Notes under the pieces: model-generated
Database searches by the model: none
What the model was told of the DNA's origin: nothing
The model's input: only the letters and a program-made list of their open reading frames with translations
In this document: in pieces, positions 55,799 through 64,000 of the stretch
Position numbering within the stretch: position 1 is the first letter of the stretch
Layout of the letters: the number at the start of each line of letters is the position of its first letter
Source of the DNA: an uncultured virus (IMG/VR IMGVR_UViG_3300025070_000025)
Lineage: Duplodnaviria; Heunggongvirae; Uroviricota; Caudoviricetes
DNA: 64,000 nucleotides
IMG/VR virus record: IMGVR_UViG_3300025070_000025
Direction: 5' to 3' (one strand)
Made by a program: the position numbers and the translations under genes

Positions 55799-56575
55799 AT
55801 GACTTTAACTCTAGATAGTTTCAATAGATATACATCACAGGAATTAGCATTTCTAACTGAAATTAATGAAGAAGTAGAAATTAAACTTATCAAAGAAGGT
55901 GATATTAAGTATATTAGGGCAACGAATATACTAAAAAGACCTGATCAATTGGCAGAATTTTTATCTAAATTTCCTGCAGAGGACAGAAATAAAACAATTT
56001 TTGATGGTGGTTTCACTGAGAACACAAGTTCTGCTCCAGGATTCCAGCAATATATTAAAGATTTTTATTTTTCTTCGTGGAATAAATCCATATTTAATAT
56101 TGGTAAAGACTACAAACTTTATAAGTATACTAAGTGTAAATTTGATAATTTTACTAATTGCTGTTATCCAGGAATGTTAGCATATGGAAAAAATTTTTTA
56201 CCACATACAGATTCATTTGGAGTTGCTGCTAATGTTTATTTAACTGATGTGCCAAATACTTATACTTCTTTTTTTAGAATAAAAACTAAGAGTGGTAGAT
56301 ATATTCATAATGAATTTGACTTAAAATATGTTTCGAGAGAAGATGCAGACGATTTGAGGGAAAGATATCAAATATATTCTAATGAAGATACCTGGGAAGA
56401 TTGGCAAGAATTTAAAGGTGATGCATTTTATGAAAGATATTTACAAATTCCTTCTGAATATAATTCAATGAATATGTATAAGGGTAATATTTGGCATAGT
56501 ATCACATACAATTCAAAAAAATCTCCTTTACGATACTCTTTAGTTACTGCAGTAATTCCCCATATGGGACATTAA
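55799..56575 (+). CDS. DUF6445-like 2OG-Fe(II) oxygenase
   Basis: PHTD, ANVYL, YNSMNMYKGNIWHS, RYS. Confidence 0.7.
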   Translation: MTLTLDSFNRYTSQELAFLTEINEEVEIKLIKEGDIKYIRATNILKRPDQLAEFLSKFPAEDRNKTIFDGGFTENTSSAPGFQQYIKDFYFSSWNKSIFNIGKDYKLYKYTKCKFDNFTNCCYPGMLAYGKNFLPHTDSFGVAANVYLTDVPNTYTSFFRIKTKSGRYIHNEFDLKYVSREDADDLRERYQIYSNEDTWEDWQEFKGDAFYERYLQIPSEYNSMNMYKGNIWHSITYNSKKSPLRYSLVTAVIPHMGH

Positions 56576-56604
56576 AAAAGGGGGCATATGCCCCCCATTT
56601 TTTT
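56574..56604. terminator. Bidirectional intrinsic terminator
   Basis: A6-GGGGGCATATGCCCCC..T7 between convergent genes. Confidence 0.85.
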
Positions 56605-56621
56605 GGTTTTTTATACCAGGA

Positions 56622-59600
56622 TCATGCCTGGGATTCTTGCCAGGTAACCCTTGCCGATACAGCAAATGCGTTCGCTGTAGAAACTCCGGTAGAGTCAACG
56701 ATATTCGCTACGACTGTAAGAATATCAGGACCGTTAGGATAGGTGCCATCACCACCTAGAATGGAGTTACCCATGTCGGAGATAGCACTTAGATCATAGT
56801 CGGTTGATGTAGATTCTCCAACACCAGCACCAGCGGCGCGGAATGAAAGAATTGTAGAACCACCAGATACTGTTTCATTCGGACCATGCTTCACCAACTG
56901 ACATAGTGAAGGTTCCTGAACATCCTGATAAGCATCTGTGCTTAACTGACCATTCAGTTTCAAACTAATCTCCGTTTCGTGTGTGGTGAGAATACCAACG
57001 GAAGCAAGTTTAAGTTGCATTCTGTTAATGATTTCTCTTTCACCAAGAGCACCTGTAATTGAAGAGTCAACTGAAGGAGCAAGTCTAATTGAGATAAGTG
57101 GAATATTCTGTGGAATTGGGTTATCAGCACCATCTGGAGCACCAACTGACATTGTTGTGCCATTAGGAACAACGATACATCCATTAGATCCGCAAAGATT
57201 TCTTTGGATATTATCAGTATGGTATCTGTTGAAGACTGATTGAGTTCCTTCAAAATATTGAATATAAACTTGATGGAAGCTTCCAGATGTTCTAGTTCTT
57301 GTATCAATAGCACGACCATCAATGAAGTAACCAGTAGCAATGCTGTTATTATAAATCAGAGTGTTAACAGGAAGATTTGCAGCATCTCCTGAAGGGAAGT
57401 AAAGAACTAAGAAATATGTTCTGTAGTAGTTACTTCCTTGATATCTCTCCGAAGTAATAGCAGAGTTCGCGGTAGTATTAATGTTAGATGAAGATTCGTT
57501 CGTGAACTTCTGGACGTTTCCTGAAGCAGTAAACAAATACGCATCATCATTCTGGAACATACCATCCATGATAACTGAAGTACCCCAGTGGAACAGAGTT
57601 CCAACATAACTTGGATTACTTGTATTTTCGATCTCATAACGTGCAGGCAGGTTACCTGAACGGAAGTAAGATTCAGTTAATCGGTTGTTATGCTTGAATT
57701 CATGGACATACTTAACATGACCGTTCTGATCCTTAAATCCGAAACGGATCTTACCAGCACCGTACCAGGAGTAATCCATGTAGCACATCTGGATCTTAGT
57801 GATATCCAAGTTAAATCCTGATGGACCATAACCATCTACTTTATCAATATTCCAGTCACTCTGCCCTGCCCTTGTATCAAGTGTCTTGGTACAAATAACG
57901 TTAGTGGCATCAACACCTCTATATGCAGGTTGGATGGTAATCTGAGTGTTGTTAGTAACTTTAACAACTTTATATGACATACCACGAACAACAATATACT
58001 CTCCTGTAACCAGTTCGGAAAGGAATTTTGTATTAGTTCCAGTGATGATATTGGTATTTTTTTGTACCGTAACTGTTCCTGGAAGTTGAAGAACAGAACT
58101 TCTTCTTACACAGTTAAGTGTAGCTCCATCAAATTCATAGAAGAAACCATTCTGATCATCAAACATACCTGCGCGAATGTGGCAACCATCCCAAGAAAGG
58201 ACTTGTGCTTGTGGGAACCCACCTGAACTATTTCTAGCTGGTTCTGTATCCAGGAGATACTTGAAGTCGTAATCACTACTGATTTCAGTAACTTGACTTG
58301 AAATATTCCAAGCACTATCATCAGATTTGATAATCTTAATTTCAAGATCAGCACTTAAATTATGTGGTTTAGATGTTGTTACAACACCTTCAATAATTCT
58401 ACTATAAGTTAAAGATTCGGCTGAGAGTGGTGAAGTTGTATCTGAGGTAATTCTAAAAGTAGTAGAATTAAGAATTTCGATAATTCTAGTTCCATCGGGA
58501 ATACCTGTTCCCGAAATTCCCATGTTTTTCAGTAAGGTGGAAGTGTCAGCAACAGTCAGAATTTCAGAATCTTGAGCTGCAGTTGTCGCAATTATTTGAG
58601 TAGTTCCTCTCGTTGTATATGAAAGATCCAGAACAGGAATCAACGGAATAAAGTTGATCGCGTATGAAGTCTGAATACCTTTACCTGACTGATAACGGAA
58701 GTACTTACGAGTCTGTCTAGAAATTTTAGAGTTGGGTGACTTAGAAGTACCAATTTCCATACCGCCGTCAAATGGTCTATGCAAGAAGAAACCGTCAGGA
58801 CGTACATATATGTAAGAAGGAATCAGATAGACAATACTTGAACCAGTAAAATCAATTGCATCTTCAACAAGAAGATTCAAGTCATCTTGAATAGCAGTAA
58901 TAACTGCTTCTTTAACTACACCTGGAGTTGTAGTAGGATCTACTATTCTAATAATATCACCAATTTTGAAGAATCTCTCGAAGGAAGTTCCTGTTCCAAC
59001 AATTGCTCTTGATCCAGATACAACCTCAATATCACCAACACCAGTTACTTCACCCGAAAGATTGTTACTAACAAGTCTGTGATTACCAACACCGGCACCA
59101 GTAAGAGAAATAGCAACAGGTGATGCTGCAGTCGCATCTGCTTCGGTGGCAGCAAGTTGAATGAAATTATGATCTAGAGTAATTACATAGTAATCTACAT
59201 TGTTGGTTAATCCAGTAACCTCGGTTCCTCCAACAGTATCATAGATAACTCTAGTTCCTGTTGAGAAGAAGTGATTTGGAATATTGATACTATCATCTGA
59301 AGTATTAATACTTGCAGAAGAATCAAATCCTTTTGATGTAGGTGGAATTTTGAATGGAATTGTAACTTCCAATTCATTCTCACTAACCGCTTTAGTAGTC
59401 GTATACGAACCATCAACTACGCCAAAAGCAGCAGTAGTATTTTCAAACGTATGATTACCTACTCCATTATCAGTTAAGTCAATAGTTGACCCACCTTGAG
59501 TTGAAGACAATGTAAATCTATTTGCATTAATAGGATACACATAATATGAATTGCCACTAACTAAAGGATTAACTACTGTTCCTGTAGTTTCATATTTTAC

Positions 59601-62288
59601 AAGTTCACCAGAAGAGAATTGGTTATCTGCAATATAGAAAGAGTTTCTGGTTGGGTTTGTAATAATAGCAGTGAATGTAGTTACACCAGTAGCACCAGCA
59701 AGTCTTAGTGCTGACGCTCCAGTTGATGTCTTAATTCTAAATCTATCATTACTAATTTTTTCAACATAGTAAGTACCAGAAGTGAACGAAGTTCTCTGAC
59801 TGTTACCAGTTTCTTGATTATAGTAATGAACGGCACCCGTTGTTGTGATTACAACTGGATCATTTGTGGTGAAACCATGGTCTTCCTTGTAGAAAGAATC
59901 ATTAGTAGATGTATTTCTCTTAAGAAGAACAATATATGCGTTGGTATTACCATCAGAATTAATACCACGGAAATCGGTAGTTGGAGAACTATCGTAACCT
60001 GCTTGTCTATACCAGAAGTAGTAGTTATTACCGCGCAGACGGAATTGGTAATCACTCTCATCCTGCATGTAAATGTTATCAGTCCAGTATGTTTTAGCGT
60101 TTCTTCCGCTATATCCACCTACGGTATAACCATAGCTATAGTTACCATTATTGTCTCCATTAACACCTTGGTTTTCATGATCAGTCAAGAAATCATAGTT
60201 TCCTTGCCATTGTGTATTACCAAGAGGAAGAGATTGGAGTTCATCTCCATAAGTTTTCCATCTAGTGCCCCAGTTATTCCAGTGTGCTTTATATCTATAT
60301 CTGGTAGGATGACCTGAGCTAATGCCAGCTCCATATCTACTTGTTGAGAAGAACGCAGTAATATCCCACGGTGTTCCTCCTAAACCATAGGTTCCATTGT
60401 TTACAGCAAAATCATATCCAGAATAAGTGTTTCTGTTGGTACGATAGAAAGTACGATAGTAAACATACCAATTCTGGTTTGGCATATATTCACTTTGAAT
60501 GTTATAAACAAGTCCTAAATTATGAGCACCCTGATCAAAACTACCGCCAGTAGAAAGATTAACGGTGTAATTCATTCTCTGACTATGATTTAATTTAAAG
60601 GTGTCATTTGACAGTCTTTCAATATAATAAACCTGCATTCTGGACAGACCACCTATTGGTAAATCACCAGGATTAGGATAGTATAATACTGCTGCTTTAT
60701 TATGGAAACCATGACCGATCATGGTAATAGTGTCAGTTCCATAATTAACATCAGATTCTGGGAACCTCTTGGTATAAGTTGATTCGTAGTTATAAGGAAC
60801 TCTTTGAGTAGGATCCTCATCATTAGCAATATTAGCTTGGTCTGCATCATCAGCAATGGGTCTACCATCTGGAGCATTTGTTTCAATCAGCGGAATCTCA
60901 AGGATTTTTGGTGAAACCGTATTTACGAAGTAGAAATTTGTATTATCCGCAAATCCATGTTCTGCCCTAGTTGTAAGAAGAACTTTAGTATTTGATGCAA
61001 ATTCTAATGCAAGGGTGCCACCCATTCCATTGTGATTTGTGCAATGGTAGTGTAGTGTATTATATGAAGGTGAAGTTGTAGTAATAAATACTCTAGTATA
61101 TGCTCCTGCACTTCCTGGAGTTCCTACACTATAAACATACTGAGTTAATGCAGTTCCTGCACCATCTGCCTGATCGTTGAAAGCAATTGGATGAGTAGCA
61201 TTGCTAGCATCAGATTGATCAAAGATATATACAGCATTCCTGCTCAAAGAGAAATTTGGATCCAGATAATCATTTAAGAAATACTTATTACCACCAGCAG
61301 CAACACCATTATTTGCAGCAGTTTCTAGCGTATAATCTACTGCAGCACCAGTAATTGTAATTACTTCTTCAGCATCATAAGCACCAGTAACAGCAATAAC
61401 AGTAAGTGTTGAACCATCTACTTTAGCAATAGTTCCTGCAGTACCAGTTGATTGACCTGAAACTGGTTGACCAACTACAACATCAATGTCAAAAGGTGTA
61501 GTCGATGTAAGAAGAGTAGTAGCTTTTACTGTAACTCTTTTGGTGAAAAGATCAGCTGTAATACCTTTGGTTGTATCCAGATTTACTTGAGCACCTTGGA
61601 AAAACTTACCAGGAATAATAGAAGTATAAGTTCCTTGAAGTTCTTTTGTTTCAGATTGAGCAGCTCTACCTTTATATGTAAATGTTTCGTTAGATGGAAC
61701 TGATTGAATTAGGTATGAACCTTCAGCAGATAGTGAAGAAAGACCAGTTACAGTAATTGGAACACCAGTTACTAAACCATGCTCAAATTCACATGTTACT
61801 GTGATAATCTCACTACCATCTGTTGCTTCTACCTTAGTAATGAATGGGATTGTAGTATCAGCAGTAGACGCATAGAATGAAGGAATATTATTAATAGTCT
61901 GAATGGTTTCCCACTTAGAAGCCTGAGGACCATACTCAAAGTCGGTATCAATCAGGTTTTCTGGATTTGAAACTCTAAATTTAGAGACAGCATCAACATA
62001 AGTTTCTGATGGTTCAATAGCTACATAATCTTTCTCATAAAAGATTTGTAACTCGTCCTCGGCGGACATTGATGAACAATCATAACGCAATACAAAAACA
62101 GATTCTTCAGTTACTTCATCATATGTCCTAGAAACTAGTCCTAGAAATGCATCAGCAAAATTGTAGATGTTGACGTTATCGGTAATATTCGTTACAAGAA
62201 GCAAACGCTTACTTGGAATATTGCCTTTTATTCTGATCGTATTGGTATTCGGATCAAAAGTATAATAGGTAATTAATTTCTTTGCCAT
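56622..62288 (-). CDS. Large virion structural / tail-associated protein (1888 aa)
   Basis: MAKK..YTFD N-terminus, repeated HGF..V.Y..GL..YY modules, RQTRKYFRYQSGKG and WYGAG.IRFG C-terminal region. Confidence 0.85.
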   Translation of the reverse strand: MAKKLITYYTFDPNTNTIRIKGNIPSKRLLLVTNITDNVNIYNFADAFLGLVSRTYDEVTEESVFVLRYDCSSMSAEDELQIFYEKDYVAIEPSETYVDAVSKFRVSNPENLIDTDFEYGPQASKWETIQTINNIPSFYASTADTTIPFITKVEATDGSEIITVTCEFEHGLVTGVPITVTGLSSLSAEGSYLIQSVPSNETFTYKGRAAQSETKELQGTYTSIIPGKFFQGAQVNLDTTKGITADLFTKRVTVKATTLLTSTTPFDIDVVVGQPVSGQSTGTAGTIAKVDGSTLTVIAVTGAYDAEEVITITGAAVDYTLETAANNGVAAGGNKYFLNDYLDPNFSLSRNAVYIFDQSDASNATHPIAFNDQADGAGTALTQYVYSVGTPGSAGAYTRVFITTTSPSYNTLHYHCTNHNGMGGTLALEFASNTKVLLTTRAEHGFADNTNFYFVNTVSPKILEIPLIETNAPDGRPIADDADQANIANDEDPTQRVPYNYESTYTKRFPESDVNYGTDTITMIGHGFHNKAAVLYYPNPGDLPIGGLSRMQVYYIERLSNDTFKLNHSQRMNYTVNLSTGGSFDQGAHNLGLVYNIQSEYMPNQNWYVYYRTFYRTNRNTYSGYDFAVNNGTYGLGGTPWDITAFFSTSRYGAGISSGHPTRYRYKAHWNNWGTRWKTYGDELQSLPLGNTQWQGNYDFLTDHENQGVNGDNNGNYSYGYTVGGYSGRNAKTYWTDNIYMQDESDYQFRLRGNNYYFWYRQAGYDSSPTTDFRGINSDGNTNAYIVLLKRNTSTNDSFYKEDHGFTTNDPVVITTTGAVHYYNQETGNSQRTSFTSGTYYVEKISNDRFRIKTSTGASALRLAGATGVTTFTAIITNPTRNSFYIADNQFSSGELVKYETTGTVVNPLVSGNSYYVYPINANRFTLSSTQGGSTIDLTDNGVGNHTFENTTAAFGVVDGSYTTTKAVSENELEVTIPFKIPPTSKGFDSSASINTSDDSINIPNHFFSTGTRVIYDTVGGTEVTGLTNNVDYYVITLDHNFIQLAATEADATAASPVAISLTGAGVGNHRLVSNNLSGEVTGVGDIEVVSGSRAIVGTGTSFERFFKIGDIIRIVDPTTTPGVVKEAVITAIQDDLNLLVEDAIDFTGSSIVYLIPSYIYVRPDGFFLHRPFDGGMEIGTSKSPNSKISRQTRKYFRYQSGKGIQTSYAINFIPLIPVLDLSYTTRGTTQIIATTAAQDSEILTVADTSTLLKNMGISGTGIPDGTRIIEILNSTTFRITSDTTSPLSAESLTYSRIIEGVVTTSKPHNLSADLEIKIIKSDDSAWNISSQVTEISSDYDFKYLLDTEPARNSSGGFPQAQVLSWDGCHIRAGMFDDQNGFFYEFDGATLNCVRRSSVLQLPGTVTVQKNTNIITGTNTKFLSELVTGEYIVVRGMSYKVVKVTNNTQITIQPAYRGVDATNVICTKTLDTRAGQSDWNIDKVDGYGPSGFNLDITKIQMCYMDYSWYGAGKIRFGFKDQNGHVKYVHEFKHNNRLTESYFRSGNLPARYEIENTSNPSYVGTLFHWGTSVIMDGMFQNDDAYLFTASGNVQKFTNESSSNINTTANSAITSERYQGSNYYRTYFLVLYFPSGDAANLPVNTLIYNNSIATGYFIDGRAIDTRTRTSGSFHQVYIQYFEGTQSVFNRYHTDNIQRNLCGSNGCIVVPNGTTMSVGAPDGADNPIPQNIPLISIRLAPSVDSSITGALGEREIINRMQLKLASVGILTTHETEISLKLNGQLSTDAYQDVQEPSLCQLVKHGPNETVSGGSTILSFRAAGAGVGESTSTDYDLSAISDMGNSILGGDGTYPNGPDILTVVANIVDSTGVSTANAFAVSARVTWQESQA

Positions 62289-62325
62289 TTGTTAAATCCT
62301 TTCGGTTATGTTTATATACGTCTAA

Positions 62326-62514
62326 TCAAAGACCAAATGCTACGGACATAGCGACTGATCCCTGCCTAGTAGCGAGTTCGGTTCCCCCAGCTTTCACACC
62401 ATCGTGAACAACAGCAGTGTTTTTTGTAGTATCAACTGTGATTTCACCTTCTGCACCAGTAAAAGTCTGATGTTGGGCAGTTGTCCCTCTTCTGAATTGA
62501 ACTTGAGTAGTCAT
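62326..62514 (-). CDS. Stand-alone Mtd-N-like tail-fibre attachment domain protein
   Basis: VQFRRGT..GAEGEITVDT..VVHDG; perfect TATAAATA at 62541-62548. Confidence 0.75.
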   Translation of the reverse strand: MTTQVQFRRGTTAQHQTFTGAEGEITVDTTKNTAVVHDGVKAGGTELATRQGSVAMSVAFGL

Positions 62515-62555
62515 TTTCTATGCTAGAGATTTTCTTCTTTTATTTATACAAATTA

Positions 62556-64000
62556 TTATATTATCGTACCAAATACTCTGGAAGGACTAAAGAGCTTGAG
62601 AACAGGAATTGCATCTCCACTAAGATTAATCTTAAGTGTTCCTGGTCTAGTAATTCTAGTAATACTACCTGGATTTGTTCCGCTGAATGTGAATAGATTT
62701 GTGGAAACTACTTCACCTTGCTGTCCAATTTGGGTCTCATCATAATCAATTGCTCTAGCAATAGTTGATCCACTGAGACCGAATAGAGAACCTGAACCAG
62801 TATAATGATCTGTTTGCTTCTCAACTGCCTTACCATTTGAAGCAATATATCCGAATTCGGATGAGGTTCTGGTAAGTTTAATATCAGATGCTTCACCTGA
62901 GATTGTTGCTGATCCTTCAGTATCGTAATTCCCTTTAGTGAAGGATTCTGTAGCGCCATTGCGGAATTCAAAGAGAGTAGTATTCTCAACATCAATTGTT
63001 CTAGATTCTGCTGCTCCTCCGAAGGTTGAAAGTGTACCTTCACCAGCGAAACTGAGAGCAATGACTGGAACAACTGTATCGTTAAGAACAGTTGCAGTTC
63101 CAGAACCAGCAAATCCTCTTGCTCTTATAGAAGTAGCATTGCCATTAAATTCATATAGGAATGTTTCTTCATCAGGATTAAATCCGACAACTTCAGCGCC
63201 ACCACCAAGTGTAGAAAGTGAACCTTGACCTTCGTAAGGTCTGGAGAAGGCACTGTTAGCATTTCCAGTAATAGTTGCTGAACCGGAACCAATAGAAATT
63301 CTGCTTCTGGAATCTGAACTATCACCAGTAATCTCAAACAGACCAGTCTCAAGATCAGGTGAGATAACACTTGCTTCTGATGCACCATTAAATCCGAATA
63401 GCGAACCTTCGCCAGCAAAAGATCTATCTCTAACAATATTAGCATCACCAATAAAGTTAAACAGACCAGTAGATTCTTCATCTACTGTTACCGCTTCGGC
63501 AGCACCATTAAATCCGAAGAGCGAACCTTCGCCAGCATAAGGTCTTGCAAAGGCTTCATCCAGATTGTCGCTGATAGTAACATTACCTTCAGCAATGGTA
63601 GACCTGACGAATGCATTTGCTTCTCCACCAGAAGACTTGAATAGGACAGTACTCTCTCCGAGAGAAATTGCTCTACTTTCTCCAGCACCACTTAAGGCAG
63701 AAAGTGATCCAGATCCACTGTAGTGATCTGTTTGTCTTTCTGTGAGAGTTCCATTAACAGATGTGGATCCTTCTCCTACATAATCGCGAGATCTTGATGG
63801 TGCTGCAGAACCAGAAGGTATGAATAAAACTGTAGATTGTGGTGGTTCAATGACAGCAGATTCTGCTCCCGATCCAAATCCGAAGAGTGATCCAGAACCA
63901 ATATGTAACAGCGAGAATAGAACGAGTGGAGTACCACTTGCCTTGAATAGAACTGTATCTGTTGATGGATTAAATCCACGGATTTCTGTGGATCCATTGA
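62556..64000 (-). CDS. 3' part of a long repetitive structural/tail-fibre protein (5' truncated)
   Basis: Frame read by hand at both ends (..NGSTEIRGFNPST.. to ..SRVFGTII*); recurring (Y/F)xG(S/E)GSLFG..G.AE units; absent from the track because the start lies outside the window. Confidence 0.8.
   Translation of the reverse strand, partial: NGSTEIRGFNPSTDTVLFKASGTPLVLFSLLHIGSGSLFGFGSGAESAVIEPPQSTVLFIPSGSAAPSRSRDYVGEGSTSVNGTLTERQTDHYSGSGSLSALSGAGESRAISLGESTVLFKSSGGEANAFVRSTIAEGNVTISDNLDEAFARPYAGEGSLFGFNGAAEAVTVDEESTGLFNFIGDANIVRDRSFAGEGSLFGFNGASEASVISPDLETGLFEITGDSSDSRSRISIGSGSATITGNANSAFSRPYEGQGSLSTLGGGAEVVGFNPDEETFLYEFNGNATSIRARGFAGSGTATVLNDTVVPVIALSFAGEGTLSTFGGAAESRTIDVENTTLFEFRNGATESFTKGNYDTEGSATISGEASDIKLTRTSSEFGYIASNGKAVEKQTDHYTGSGSLFGLSGSTIARAIDYDETQIGQQGEVVSTNLFTFSGTNPGSITRITRPGTLKINLSGDAIPVLKLFSPSRVFGTII
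63382..63537. repeat. Near-identical 36-nt direct repeat, 120-nt period
   Basis: GCACCATTAAATCCGAA(T/G)AGCGAACCTTCGCCAGCA at 63382 and 63502. Confidence 0.85.

Noticed and set aside
56622..64000. Diversity-generating retroelement suggested by the Mtd-N-like domain
   Set aside because: No reverse transcriptase or adenine-specific TR/VR pair seen.
1..64000. tRNA, rRNA, CRISPR, IS elements, and the many short antisense/nested track ORFs
   Set aside because: No cloverleaf, spaced-repeat array or transposase noticed by eye; nested ORFs are shadow frames of well-identified genes.

Overview
64 kb of a T4-like marine cyanomyovirus (Kyanoviridae-type, probably infecting Synechococcus). No tRNA, rRNA, CRISPR, intron or intein is visible. 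Layout: (1) 1-6 kb, + strand: auxiliary-metabolic island (petE, gnd, an ndhP-like micro-ORF missing from the ORF track, talC, coupled micro-ORFs, SNase-like nuclease) then signal-peptide proteins. (2) 6-54.5 kb, - strand: membrane/secreted proteins, resolvase, nrdAB, primase, probable internal virion proteins, a nuclease/ligase-like/HIGH-nucleotidyltransferase operon, mazG, the replication block (41, uvsX, 43, hsp20, regA, 62, dam, 44, 45, 46, 47, 55, uvsW, uvsY) with petF and a Pol-beta nucleotidyltransferase inserted, then head/neck/tail genes 3, 23, 22, 21, 20, 19, 18, 17, 16, 15, 14, 13. (3) A small + strand island at 54.5-56.6 kb. (4) Large tail/structural genes to the window end. Best candidates for undescribed biology: the late three-enzyme operon at 17.2-20.4 kb; an RNA-centred neighbourhood at 25.8-28.4 kb (two candidate small RNAs, a ROSE-like thermometer, a nucleotidyltransferase, Sm-like proteins with five paralogues in the window); and a recurring late-promoter-inside-hairpin switch. 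All family calls are by motif recognition; no searches were run.
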